From: Candidatus Freyarchaeum deiterrae
GTDB taxonomy: Archaea; Asgardarchaeota; Jordiarchaeia; Jordiarchaeales; Jordiarchaeaceae
Assembly (NCBI GenBank): GCA_037305845.1
Contig: CP147778.1
Coordinates: 3,200,001 to 3,264,000, forward strand
Direction of reading: 5' to 3'
DNA: 64,000 bases
The notes beneath the pieces were generated by a model that was not told the DNA's origin, did no database searches, and saw only the letters and a list, made by a program, of their open reading frames with translations. The position numbers and the translations under genes were made by a program. This document shows positions 9,912-20,378 of this stretch, one piece after another (within the stretch, counting starts at the first letter, position 1; each line of letters opens with the position of its first letter).

Positions 9912-10190
9912 AACAATTCCTCCATTAACATGTATTCCCAAAAATTCTTATCATGCAATTGAAGTTTTCTAACTAAAATGAGGATTCTCCTTTATATACT
10001 TTATTTTAATATTTTTTTACAAAAATTCGAACTTATCGTATTTTTCTAAAATCGGAAGGGTTATCATTCTTCGGAAGGATTTTATCTGCAAATTTTCGAA
10101 ATTTCAAACTAATTCTTTTTGTTTCATTAGTCCACATAATTCGAATTTGTAAACTAAAAAAGAGATTAAAGAAAAATATTATAATGGGTC

Positions 10191-11816
10191 TTAGCCCATG
10201 AGGATGTCCTTGTACTGTTCTTTGAGAGCCTTCTTGTTGAATTTGCCGACACTAGTTTTGGGAAGGCTGTCTACGAAAACTACCTTATCAGGGAGCCACC
10301 AGTCGGGAATCCTATCCGACTTACTTTTCAGAAAGTCGATGATGTCCTTCTCGGTAACTTTGCCCTTTTGGTCTGGTTTGGGTACAATTAGGATCAGTGG
10401 TCTTTCTTCCCACTTCTGGTGTTTAACACCAATGACACAAGCTTCCATGACCGCCGGATGCTGACTGGTAACATTCTCAAGTGTCAATGTGGAAATCCAC
10501 TCGCCACCGCTCTTTATAACGTCCTTGGTCCGGTCTCTAATCAGGATGTATCCTTCCCCATCGATTGTTGCGATGTCTCCGGTGTGCATCCATCCGCCCT
10601 CCCACAGGTCTCTTGTCTTGTCCTTGTCCTTGTAGTATTCTGTTGTGAGCCAAGGGGCTCTTACTACGATTTCTCCCATTGTTTTGCCGTCTCTTGGAAT
10701 GTTTTCCATGTTTTCGTTAACTACTCTGATTCTTGTTAGGGGTACTGGTAATCCGGTTGTAATCCATCTGCTTATTTTTTCTTCTTTGGGCAGATTCGCG
10801 TCCCAGCTTCTGAGGTATGCCTGTGTGAGTGTTGGGTAGCTTTCTGTTAGTCCGTATGCGGCGAATATTCTCATTCCGTAGTTCCATCCCTGTTCTGCTA
10901 GACCTCTGGGTAGTGCTGAGCCGCCGATGAAGCATTTGAATCCATTTAGTTGAGGTATTGCTTCCTTAAAGTTGGGGGCCCACATCATCAGTATTAGTAG
11001 TGTGGGTATGAATGCTGACACTGTGCATTTTTCCTTTACCACCAAGTTAACCAGCATGACCGGGTCGTATTTGCCTGGGAATACTTGTTTCAATCCGAAC
11101 ATCGCGGCAGAGTAGGGTAGCCCCCAGGCGTGTACATGGAATAGTGGGGTTATATTCAGCAGTACGTCGTTGGTCCCAATTCCCCAGAACTGTCCCGAGC
11201 ATGCAGATTGCACTAAAGTGTGCAGAACGCCTTGTCTGTGTGTGAAGACGCATCCTTTGGGTAGGCCGGTGGTTCCTGTGGTGTAACACATTGTTGCCGG
11301 GGTATTTTCGTCTAGGTCGGGATACTCGTAGTCTGCTGATGCGGATTCGTGCAGCTCGTTATAGTTTTGTACGTTTTTGATTTTGGTGGTTGGGATTTCT
11401 TTGGTGTCGTTTATCATTATGTAATGTTTTACGCTTTTCAATTTGGGTGCTATGGCCTCTATTAGAGGTTGGAAGTCTTGGTTGAAGATGAGCACTTTGT
11501 CTTGTGCGTGGTTTACTACGTATTGAGCTTCCTCTACAGAGAGTCGGGGATTACCCTCATGCAGAATTGCTCCCATACAGGGAACACTAAAGTAGAGGTC
11601 GAAGAACTGATAAGTGTTCCAGTCGAAGCATACCACTTTATCCCCCTGCTTTACTCCTAGTTCCTCCAACATGTTTGAGGATTTTTTAACCCTGTTGTAC
11701 ATCTCTTTGTGAGTGTACCTATAAGTGTCTCTATACACGATTTCAGTCTTCGGAAATACTTCTACACAGTGTTCTAAAACGTATTTGAATATTAGAGGAA
11801 AATTATACGCCATCAA
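10191..11816 (-). CDS. Medium/long-chain fatty acid--CoA ligase (AlkK/FadD-like)
   Basis: YTTGTTGLPKG, YGLTE, HTGD, DRTKDVIKSGGEWIS, LPKTSVGK. Confidence 0.93.
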   Translation of the reverse strand: MMAYNFPLIFKYVLEHCVEVFPKTEIVYRDTYRYTHKEMYNRVKKSSNMLEELGVKQGDKVVCFDWNTYQFFDLYFSVPCMGAILHEGNPRLSVEEAQYVVNHAQDKVLIFNQDFQPLIEAIAPKLKSVKHYIMINDTKEIPTTKIKNVQNYNELHESASADYEYPDLDENTPATMCYTTGTTGLPKGCVFTHRQGVLHTLVQSACSGQFWGIGTNDVLLNITPLFHVHAWGLPYSAAMFGLKQVFPGKYDPVMLVNLVVKEKCTVSAFIPTLLILMMWAPNFKEAIPQLNGFKCFIGGSALPRGLAEQGWNYGMRIFAAYGLTESYPTLTQAYLRSWDANLPKEEKISRWITTGLPVPLTRIRVVNENMENIPRDGKTMGEIVVRAPWLTTEYYKDKDKTRDLWEGGWMHTGDIATIDGEGYILIRDRTKDVIKSGGEWISTLTLENVTSQHPAVMEACVIGVKHQKWEERPLILIVPKPDQKGKVTEKDIIDFLKSKSDRIPDWWLPDKVVFVDSLPKTSVGKFNKKALKEQYKDILMG

Positions 11817-12080
11817 AACACTCCCTTTCTTATTTTCCTCTCGTTTAAATTTTTATTACTGTAAAACACATAACTAATATATTAAATTGCCTATACATGA
11901 TAACTAATTACAATTAACAAAATGAATTTGCTCATTTTTATTTTTTATGAGCCACAAGATAGTGCACACGCATTTTTTCCAGTACAGGTAATCTCTACGA
12001 AACCCAAGCTGACTTTGAATCTAATCTGGAACTTTGATAATAGAAAAACAGGAAGATACGGAACAGAGACGCATCTACGT

Positions 12081-12848
12081 TTAGACCTCCCATATTCTCC
12101 CTCTGCAATCAGGCTCATCGAATTGGTCTAGCGCGTAGTCGAAGTGTTTTCTTGTGATGATTTCTGTAACCGCGTTGCCGAGCATTAGAATTATGCACTG
12201 CAAACCCCCGACCATACGTGATATACCCTCATCCACGAAAGCCAAGCAAGTCTCCTTGTACACACAATTAGAGACTACCGCATTCACTTCATTTTTTCCC
12301 TCCACTCTAATATAACGAACTCGTTGAACCTGTCCTGCTTTAATAGTAGACAACGCCTTAGCTGCGACTGCATCCTTAAGTTTGGCATCATAAGCCTTAT
12401 TTGCTTCCAATACATCTTCGGTGGCTCCAATTAAACTATTTAGCAGGCCAGCAGCCTCGAGCATGTTTCTTATACCGCCATAAGCGGCTCTTCTAGAGCC
12501 TGACGACCCGGCGTAGCCCTGAAGCTTGCTCTCCGCTTTGCCGATGCCGTAGACTAGGGAGCAGTGTCCTCTGGGGTACCGGTTCAGATTAGCCACTATG
12601 TAGTTTGTTACTTCCTCCAATCCTCGGACATTTTCTGGCGGCTCCTCTTTCAGCATCCTCGATTCGAACTCCAGTGCGTGCTCCGAGACCATCCGCGTGT
12701 AGATGGGGCCGTAAATCTTCGCGGTCTCCAAAATAGATCCTTTAGTCAGATATATATACGCTAGGCTTTCGAGCTCTCCCTCTATGATACATTCATTTTT
12801 AGAATTAATCATACTTTCAGATTTAGGCAAATTTTCAGGTTTAGACAT
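12081..12848 (-). CDS. Uncharacterised protein with a C-terminal four-Cys V4R/MetOD-like domain
   Basis: NCVYKETC...GGLQC...PDCRGRI; paralogue of 13173-13910. Confidence 0.55.
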   Translation of the reverse strand: MSKPENLPKSESMINSKNECIIEGELESLAYIYLTKGSILETAKIYGPIYTRMVSEHALEFESRMLKEEPPENVRGLEEVTNYIVANLNRYPRGHCSLVYGIGKAESKLQGYAGSSGSRRAAYGGIRNMLEAAGLLNSLIGATEDVLEANKAYDAKLKDAVAAKALSTIKAGQVQRVRYIRVEGKNEVNAVVSNCVYKETCLAFVDEGISRMVGGLQCIILMLGNAVTEIITRKHFDYALDQFDEPDCRGRIWEV

Positions 12849-13172
12849 GGGAATATACCTCAGATATTTAAATTATTATATTTCCTCATAATTGAGGTTC
12901 CGGACACAGAGAATATGATATGATTGAGTATAAACCGTTTTTTTAATTCATATGAGTCGCACGCCTGAGTATATCCTATTTACAATTTTGTCATTGTGGT
13001 CATTTATTATTAGAGTATTATATTTTAAAAAGGTTTACTCATTAAAAATAGCTTCAAAAAATTTTTCTAAAATGTGCCTAGTCCAGAAAAACAAAAAAAT
13101 CTTTGTCTCCTTTTCGTGGAGAAAATTTAAAGGGGAAAAACAGAAAGAAATGAGAGACGGACCTATATATGC

Positions 13173-13910
13173 TTAGACTTCGAATATTTTACCTCTGCAA
13201 TCAGGCTCATTGAATCCGTCCAGTTTGTAGTCGAAGATTTTTTTCGTGATAATCTCCACACCGGCGTTGATGAGCATTAGAGATACGCATTCCCAACCTC
13301 CGACCAAACGTGATAATTTCTCTTTTACGAGAGATATGCAGGCTTCCTTGTACGGGCAACCATGAACAACCAGAGTTAATTGATTGTTCTCTCCCCTAGT
13401 AAAGCGCATAGGGATAACTATTTTAGTTACATCAAATATTAAAGTCGACCTTTTGCAGGATTCGAATGCATCTTCAGTGGTCCCATCATATTTTTTTAAC
13501 ATACCTGTGATCTCAAGTATGGATTTCATAGAACTATAGGCGGCTCTCTTGGCTCCAGGTCCACTGAAACCTTGGAGCTTGCTCTCCGCTTTGAAGATGC
13601 CATAGATTAGGGAGCAGTGCCCTCTGGGATACCGGTTCAGATTTTTTATGATGTAGTCGTTTACTGCCTCCAGTCCCTGGATATCTTCGGATGGCTTCTC
13701 TTTAAGCATCCTCGACTCAAAATCCAGTGCGTATAAGGAGGCCATACGTTTGAAGATGGGACCGTAAAACTTTACAGCTGCCTCGACTGCAATTTTTGTG
13801 AAAATTATACCTGTCTTACTATCGAACTCACCTACTACGGTGATTTCATTTTTATTGCTTTCCGACAAAAATATACACCTGCAGTATACTAAGTTATACA
13901 TTCTCTGCAT
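13173..13910 (-). CDS. Uncharacterised protein with a C-terminal four-Cys V4R/MetOD-like domain (start possibly TTG near 13868)
   Basis: GCPYKEAC...GGWEC...PDCRGKI; shares NLNRYPRGHCSL.YGI.KAESKLQG with 12081. Confidence 0.55.
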   Translation of the reverse strand: MQRMYNLVYCRCIFLSESNKNEITVVGEFDSKTGIIFTKIAVEAAVKFYGPIFKRMASLYALDFESRMLKEKPSEDIQGLEAVNDYIIKNLNRYPRGHCSLIYGIFKAESKLQGFSGPGAKRAAYSSMKSILEITGMLKKYDGTTEDAFESCKRSTLIFDVTKIVIPMRFTRGENNQLTLVVHGCPYKEACISLVKEKLSRLVGGWECVSLMLINAGVEIITKKIFDYKLDGFNEPDCRGKIFEV

Positions 13911-14202
13911 TGGGTTGTTGGATATGATTTTTTAATCTTATCTAATATTATATTCTATTTTGACAAATTTAAATTTTAGTATCTGAAAAATTACAAATTA
14001 ATTGATTCTTTGCGAAATTTTACTATATCTTAGGTAGGGTTAGAGTTGAATTTACCTGAAAAACGTGTACAGAACTAGTCTATTATAATAAAAGGGTAGA
14101 GGAAGTAGCTGCAAATCGAGAGAAATTTATTTGGTTTTATTTAGGATGTCGAATCGTAAAATGATTCATTCTTTTAAACCTGCTCTTTTCTCTGTTTCAT
14201 AG

Positions 14203-14775
14203 TTACTTAAAGTCTCCTTTAATCCAGTTAGGAGGTATCTGCTCATTTTCGTTCTCTAAAATACGCAATGCTTTGGCAACTTTTGTTCTGATTGCAATGC
14301 TTTTATCATTTTGAAAAGTCTTTATCCTGCTACTAATTTCTCCCTTTTTTTTCATGTTTTTTCTGCCAATAATAGTGAGACTGACTATTGCCCAGCTTTT
14401 CACAAAAACGCTATCTTCTTTCAAAAGACGGAACAAAGCTGAAACAACTGTGTCAGTTTCTTTTTCTGAGAACGTCATATTTCCAAATATCATAGCGAGG
14501 TGCCATTTAACCATAGGAACCGTATCTGTATCCGCCAGTTCGATGAATCGAGAAGTGAGTCCTTGCAACAATTCTGGTTTTGTTCGGGAAATTCTTTCTA
14601 AAGCATGGACTGTTCTCGCGCGTATCACATCATCAGACTCACTCAACCCCTCAACTAACTTATCCAGTAGCAGCGGATTCCTGATTACTTCATCTGCCAC
14701 TTCATCGCCCCTGCCGTCTGAGCGAAGGTCACCACCAGTCAGCTTTTCCAAGAGTTCATTCATCGTATCCCTCAA
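14203..14775 (-). CDS. HEAT-repeat protein
   Basis: Repeated helical L..D...(I/V)(R/K)..A..AL units. Confidence 0.75.
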   Translation of the reverse strand: MRDTMNELLEKLTGGDLRSDGRGDEVADEVIRNPLLLDKLVEGLSESDDVIRARTVHALERISRTKPELLQGLTSRFIELADTDTVPMVKWHLAMIFGNMTFSEKETDTVVSALFRLLKEDSVFVKSWAIVSLTIIGRKNMKKKGEISSRIKTFQNDKSIAIRTKVAKALRILENENEQIPPNWIKGDFK

Positions 14776-14933
14776 ATATTGACATTGCTTAAAGTCGAAT
14801 AAATATAATCCTCTTTTTCGCCGGAATTCGTTCTCTTAATATTTTATACTCGATACTCATATTTAATGTCTGGCACTTTAAAAAGCCTTAATTAATCTTC
14901 TAAACATATTAGAGGTTTGAGGAGGTGTTTTTT

Positions 14934-15455
14934 TTGAAAATTCTGGTAACTTACTTCACTATGAGTGGTAATACTGAAAAGATTGCCAAAGCTATTTATG
15001 AGGAGGCTTCAAAAAAACATGAGACGGATTTGAAGAAGATAAATGAAGTAAACGCAGCCGCCTTTAACCAGTATGACTTCATTTTTGTTGGAACCCCTGC
15101 TCATGCTGGTGATTTAGCAGCTCCCGTTAAGGAAATCATGAATTCACTACCCAAATCACCCAAGTATAAGCTCGCCGGATTCATTACCCACATGTCCGAA
15201 ATTTGGCAAAAACAAGGACACGATTCAGTTAGAGTTGCCTTCGAAAAAATATGCAAAGAAAAAGGAATCAACTACAGGGGAACTTATAATTGCCAGGGTA
15301 ACCCTGATCCTAATGTTGCAAAAATGGTAAAAGAGGCTCGAAAAATTCCTGACGACGAGTTTAACAAATACATGGAAGAAGCGAAAAAACATCCGAGTCT
15401 CGAAGATGAGCAAAACGCTAAGAAATTTGCCAAAAAGGTACTATCTCAGAAATAA
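14934..15455 (+). CDS. Flavodoxin-like protein
   Basis: YFTMSGNTEKIA FMN loop, GTP; TTG start 14934 behind GAGGAGG. Confidence 0.9.
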   Translation: MKILVTYFTMSGNTEKIAKAIYEEASKKHETDLKKINEVNAAAFNQYDFIFVGTPAHAGDLAAPVKEIMNSLPKSPKYKLAGFITHMSEIWQKQGHDSVRVAFEKICKEKGINYRGTYNCQGNPDPNVAKMVKEARKIPDDEFNKYMEEAKKHPSLEDEQNAKKFAKKVLSQK

Positions 15456-15552
15456 TTCTTTTTTTTGAATTTTTTTTGTGTAGAATTACTCTGTAAATTT
15501 AAAAAGAATTGAGATTGTTAGATGAAATGCTTGGGATTGTTATGCTAAGTAA

Positions 15553-16629
15553 TTAGCAGTACTTTTCTCTGTGTTTGGGAGGAAACTCGTCGAATATTTT
15601 CTGCGCTTTATCTGGGGGGAGGACGAGTATGTCACCGTTTTCACGCTGGAGTACGCATCCGGAATTTGTAAGGATGCGATAGTTTTCACGTGTATCCTCA
15701 GGATTGCCCCAACAAATGCTTTGGCACATTCCGCAGGTGGCCCGAATATTTACTCCCGGCGCCGCTTGGTTTTCAAAACCCCCAGGGCCATCTGTTCTCT
15801 CCGGCCATTCTTTATACTGCGAAATCGCGCGTACTAATACGGAGGCGAGTTCTTTATCGTCTTCCGGAATATTGAAACGGCCCGGAGACCAAGTGGACCA
15901 TTTGCCGCTCTTGTTTAAACCCGTGAAACCTCCACACACGAATTGGCATCGCATAATGTTTCTACGCATACTGTATGAAAAGATGACACCACCCATAGTG
16001 ACGGAGGTTTCTTTTTCTCTATCAAACATTCCCGCAGTGCAGGCTGATACACATAACTTGCACTTATTGCAGAAGGATTCTTCAGGAGGGAGCGGATCAG
16101 TTGGTTCAAGTTCCGCGGCGGTGACCACTGTGCCGAGTTCAAGGGTAGTACCATAATTTTTAATTCCAACATTACCTGACCAGCCGAATGATCCCACGCC
16201 CGAACGTACAGCGATATAGCGATGGGAGAGAATCGGAGGCATTGTGAGAAACCAGCCGTGCACCTCTTTACGATAATTATTGTTTGATAACACCCTTTTC
16301 GATGCAAATCCCTTATCCTCTAGCCATTTTGCAAGTTCTTTAGAAATCTGAGATGATTTTTCTTCGAGTGCAAACACTTCGCTTTCGTGTCCTATGAAGT
16401 CTTTTTTACTTAAAAAGTCACGGATTTTTTTACGATCAAGTGGTAGAGCATAGCTGATTGCCGACTGCGCTTCAGGTAGAACATAGGTGAGGTTCACACT
16501 TGGAGGTCCGCCAGCTAGCGTAGCGAGAGTAGCAAAACCTACTCTTATTGCACCCCGCTCATACAAGAACTTTTCAATCTGCCTGTTAAGATTTGTTACA
16601 GTTTTCGTGGTCATAATACTCCAATCCAA
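15553..16629 (-). CDS. Epoxyqueuosine reductase / reductive dehalogenase-like B12 and 4Fe-4S protein
   Basis: SHRYIAVRSGVGSFGWSG, CNKCKLCVSAC, CQFVC, CGMCQSIC. Confidence 0.75.
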   Translation of the reverse strand: MDWSIMTTKTVTNLNRQIEKFLYERGAIRVGFATLATLAGGPPSVNLTYVLPEAQSAISYALPLDRKKIRDFLSKKDFIGHESEVFALEEKSSQISKELAKWLEDKGFASKRVLSNNNYRKEVHGWFLTMPPILSHRYIAVRSGVGSFGWSGNVGIKNYGTTLELGTVVTAAELEPTDPLPPEESFCNKCKLCVSACTAGMFDREKETSVTMGGVIFSYSMRRNIMRCQFVCGGFTGLNKSGKWSTWSPGRFNIPEDDKELASVLVRAISQYKEWPERTDGPGGFENQAAPGVNIRATCGMCQSICWGNPEDTRENYRILTNSGCVLQRENGDILVLPPDKAQKIFDEFPPKHREKYC

Positions 16630-17027
16630 AACATATTAATTACCAGATTCGACAGCTTCCTAGCGGTCCTATAAGCAATAAATTTTGATTTATTATTCCA
16701 GTCGTTTCACAGCACTTTAAGTTATTCATCCTGTTCCCTTTTATAAATAAAAGAGTTGAAACTTTGCTAAACAATTGGGTTTTCAAAGGAAAAACGGACG
16801 GAGTATATTCTCGTACGTTTATTGTTGATGAGGCTCAACTTATGGATGAGGCTTTCCAAAAAGGGAATGTAAAAGTTATTTTTACTCTATGCAGTGGAGA
16901 CTATCCAATTTACAATTACTGCGAGGTACACCGGCGTAGTAACTTAATACACATATTAATGTCTAGTACCCTAAAAAAACCTTTAATTAATACTCTAAAC
17001 ATATTACTGCTTTGAGGAGGTTTTAGT

Positions 17028-17555
17028 TTGAAAATTCTAATCACTTACTACAGTCTAACTGGTAACACGGAGAAGATTGCTAAAGTTATTTATGACGAGA
17101 TTTCAAAAAAACACAGAACCGACATTAAAAAAATAGAGCAAATTACTCCAGATACTTTGTACAAGTATGATCTAGTTTTTTTGGGCACCCCCTGTTACAA
17201 TGGCGATTTAGCGGGTCCCGTTAAAAAAAATTTAAACTCTCTTCATAACTCTCCAAAATTTAAGCTTGCGGGATTCTTTACTCACTATTCACCACTTTGG
17301 TCCAAAGAGGAGTGCGATAAATGCGGAGCTTCCCTCCAAAATATAAGCAAACAAAAACAAATCGATTACAAGGGAACCTTCGATTCTCAAGGTTTCCCAA
17401 CATTTTCACCCGAGTATGCAGAAAAAATAAAACAGACTAGAAAAATGAGCGAGGAGGAATTCGAAAAAATCGTAGAGGAAGCCAGAAAACATCCAAGTCC
17501 CGAGGACGAGGAAAAGGCTAGAGAATTCGCCCAAATTGTATTAACCAAAAAATAA
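17028..17555 (+). CDS. Flavodoxin-like protein (paralogue of 14934)
   Basis: YYSLTGNTEKIA, GTP, HPSPEDEEKA; upstream region also homologous. Confidence 0.9.
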   Translation: MKILITYYSLTGNTEKIAKVIYDEISKKHRTDIKKIEQITPDTLYKYDLVFLGTPCYNGDLAGPVKKNLNSLHNSPKFKLAGFFTHYSPLWSKEECDKCGASLQNISKQKQIDYKGTFDSQGFPTFSPEYAEKIKQTRKMSEEEFEKIVEEARKHPSPEDEEKAREFAQIVLTKK

Positions 17556-17784
17556 CAATTTTCTCACTCTGACGATTTGTAGAAAAAATTTTTGGAAAAA
17601 AGAGAAAAATTGCGCGAAGCCAATTAAGAATCAAATTCGGTGTTTAATCTGTTTATTACTCTATTCTAAATCTTCTTTTTTTAGAGTCTATCCTATTAGG
17701 CAGTAAAGTTTGTTAAAGGTGTCAAAGCTTTTTTCCAGATATTTCACGTAAGTGTCAAAGTTCTACTTTGCTCATGATTAATTT

Positions 17785-20142
17785 TCAAAATTCGGTGCGA
17801 GAGATTATCTCGTCTTGAACTCGAGGGTCTAGGTCAACGAATGCTGCTGAAAATCCAGCTACTCTCACCAACAGGTCCTTATATTTCTCGGGATTTTTTT
17901 TAGCTGCAAGGAGAGTTTCTTTGCCCACGAAATTAAACTGTACGTGCATCCCTCCCAAGCTGAAGAAACCCTTGAGGAGAGCGGAGAAGTTTTTAGGCCC
18001 CTCTTTTCCTCTGAAGTAGCCTGGACTAAACTCCAAATTCAAGGCTACACCGTTTGGTGAGAGCTTGTAATCTATCTTTGATGCTGATTTGAGAACCGCT
18101 GTCGGACCCGAGTTCGCCATCCCTTGGGAGGGAGAGATTCCGACCGATAGGGACTCTCCGGCTTTTCTGCCATTCGGGAGTGTTCCTGTTAGCATTCCAA
18201 ATGGGACGTGAGTGGTTGCGGAATAGATGCCAGTCCAGAAATCGCCCCCCCGGTAATTTTTATAATCTTTTATTACATCAGACCACATTTCTACACACCA
18301 TCGCGCATACTCATCGGCTTCGCCGTCGTTCCCATACTTGGGGGCTTTACTCAGCAATTGTCTAAGATTGTCCTGATCCTTGAAATCATTGGCCAAGGCT
18401 TCAAGTAGGGTTTCCATGCTTATTTTCTTCTCTTTAAACACCAGCTTATCTATTGCTGCCAGTGAATCCGCAACCGTAGCAACTCCTACGATTTGAATTC
18501 CGGAAGAGTTGTAAACCGCCCCTCCCTGGGTTACGTCATTTCCACTCTCTAGGCAGCCTTCGGTTAAAGATGAGATAAAAGGATTCGGCCTCTGCTCTGC
18601 GAGGATTTTATCCATAAGGTTTATGCCTTCGACGAACTTTGAAGCGAGGAAATTAACCTGCTCTCTAAAACTCTCCATCAAGTCTTCCATAGTTTCAAAT
18701 TCCCTAGGATTCCTAGTTTCCACTCCAATCCTTATGTTGTTCTTCATCCCTCGGTTCAAAGCCAACTCCAAGGCAAACGCGAGATTAAACAAACCAGCAT
18801 CTCCGCTCGTAAAACTCTTGCCAGGAATCCCGACTTCGACGCAGCCGTTTACCGCATAGTTTAAAGCGTCTTCTCTCTGGATACCTCTTTTCATTAGTGC
18901 TGGAATAGTGATGCCATCGTTGATAAAGTATAGATTAGTCTCTCCACTGACAACCATCTCAGAAACTCTTTCAAGAAATTCTGGAGGAGTGTTTTCATGA
19001 ATTCTAACCCCCAAATTAGGCTGTATGTGACTCCTCTTCCTAGCCTCCAGAGCCAGATATGAAACCTCATTTGTCACATCTTCGCCTTTCTCATCCAATC
19101 CCCCAACAATCACATTCGTGTAAACCGGTAGGCCTCCGAAGAACTGTGTGGTCAGACTATTCCAGAGTGGGATGACCGAGCTTAGCTTCAGAAAGAAGCA
19201 TTCGAGGAGACTCTGAGCGCCCTCTTTAGAGATTTTATCTTTTTCGACATCCGATTTGTAGAAGGGGTAAAGAAGTCTATCTATCCTCCCTACCGAAATG
19301 GAAGCCTCATAATCCTCTATTTGAGCAGCTATTTGGGTGAAGTAAATCGCTTGCAAAGCTTCTTGGAAGGATTCAGCCGGTTTCGCGGGCACCCTTCTGC
19401 ATGTTTTGGCAATATTCTCAAGTTCCTTCCTCCTCCCCGGATCTTTCTCGCTCAACGATAGGGTTTCAGCTTTTTCCGCATAGCGATTTGCGAAATCTAT
19501 CACCGCTTGGCAAGAAATTTTCGCTGCTGCATAAAAATCTCCCTTATCAGGATCACTTTCGGCGAGATACTTATACGCTTCTTTTATGATTCCCTCTAAT
19601 CCATTTTTGAGGACCTTCTCGTAGTTTAAGACTATGTGACCGAATCCCGCTAACTCGGGTATAACAAAAGCCTGACCAGTAAAGTGAATATCTATTAAAT
19701 CCTTTGGCCAGGTTACGAGAGTAATGTTAAGAATGTTCTTGTCGCTCCAGTAGGGAAAAACTTCTTTTCTTAGCTTCTCCACATCCTCCGGTTTTACCAG
19801 AAAAGGATTGGGAACTCGTTTATCCAATTGGTCGAGTTCTCCGTCGAGCCACCCGCCAATAGTCTCAGGATAAATCCCAGCGCCAAGTTCTCTGCTGGTA
19901 ATACTGCCAACTATAAGTTCATCACTCCAAATGTTAACCGGTAGATTAGAAAGTATTTTACGGAGAGCCTTTGCGCGTCTAATAATTACCGGCTCACCTT
20001 CGGTTTCCTTATAACTCTCAGTTATTAATCTAGCTCTTTCGATGCAAACCTCTTTGGGAAGTGATAGCAGTCTGGTTTTCAATTTTTTCGAACGAGATAC
20101 CCCTATACTCTGTGCCTTTTCTTTGGTTTTAAGAGCTTTCAT
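17785..20142 (-). CDS. Glycyl radical enzyme (PFL2/eliminase-like)
   Basis: Cys loop NGCVE, Gly loop LLVRVAGFS, CIERARLITESY; start moved to ATG 20142. Confidence 0.92.
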   Translation of the reverse strand: MKALKTKEKAQSIGVSRSKKLKTRLLSLPKEVCIERARLITESYKETEGEPVIIRRAKALRKILSNLPVNIWSDELIVGSITSRELGAGIYPETIGGWLDGELDQLDKRVPNPFLVKPEDVEKLRKEVFPYWSDKNILNITLVTWPKDLIDIHFTGQAFVIPELAGFGHIVLNYEKVLKNGLEGIIKEAYKYLAESDPDKGDFYAAAKISCQAVIDFANRYAEKAETLSLSEKDPGRRKELENIAKTCRRVPAKPAESFQEALQAIYFTQIAAQIEDYEASISVGRIDRLLYPFYKSDVEKDKISKEGAQSLLECFFLKLSSVIPLWNSLTTQFFGGLPVYTNVIVGGLDEKGEDVTNEVSYLALEARKRSHIQPNLGVRIHENTPPEFLERVSEMVVSGETNLYFINDGITIPALMKRGIQREDALNYAVNGCVEVGIPGKSFTSGDAGLFNLAFALELALNRGMKNNIRIGVETRNPREFETMEDLMESFREQVNFLASKFVEGINLMDKILAEQRPNPFISSLTEGCLESGNDVTQGGAVYNSSGIQIVGVATVADSLAAIDKLVFKEKKISMETLLEALANDFKDQDNLRQLLSKAPKYGNDGEADEYARWCVEMWSDVIKDYKNYRGGDFWTGIYSATTHVPFGMLTGTLPNGRKAGESLSVGISPSQGMANSGPTAVLKSASKIDYKLSPNGVALNLEFSPGYFRGKEGPKNFSALLKGFFSLGGMHVQFNFVGKETLLAAKKNPEKYKDLLVRVAGFSAAFVDLDPRVQDEIISRTEF

Positions 20143-20378
20143 AACCTTTTCTTTCTTTTTATGACATTTAAGAATTGTTGTTCTTGGAAGATGTTTCAAA
20201 AAAGTGGCACATATGTTAAGGAAAAAAATCTTAAAGGTATATATTAAAGCAAAAAGGGTTACCCACAAAATTTATAGTAAATTCAAAGTAATCTTCTTAT
20301 ATCCGTCTTTGATTGAAAATAAATTTATTTGCCTCAGATAATGATTTGCTCACAGGATAAGTTTAGGGTTGCATACTC

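Noticed and set aside
16764-17015. ORF with a Walker-B-like FIVDEAQ
   Set aside because: Short, no Walker A, runs into the flavodoxin promoter; at most an unidentifiable relic
17785-20142. Alkyl/benzylsuccinate synthase or canonical PFL
   Set aside because: The GCVE loop fits eliminase-type GREs; no Cys-Cys pair of PFL and no small accessory subunits
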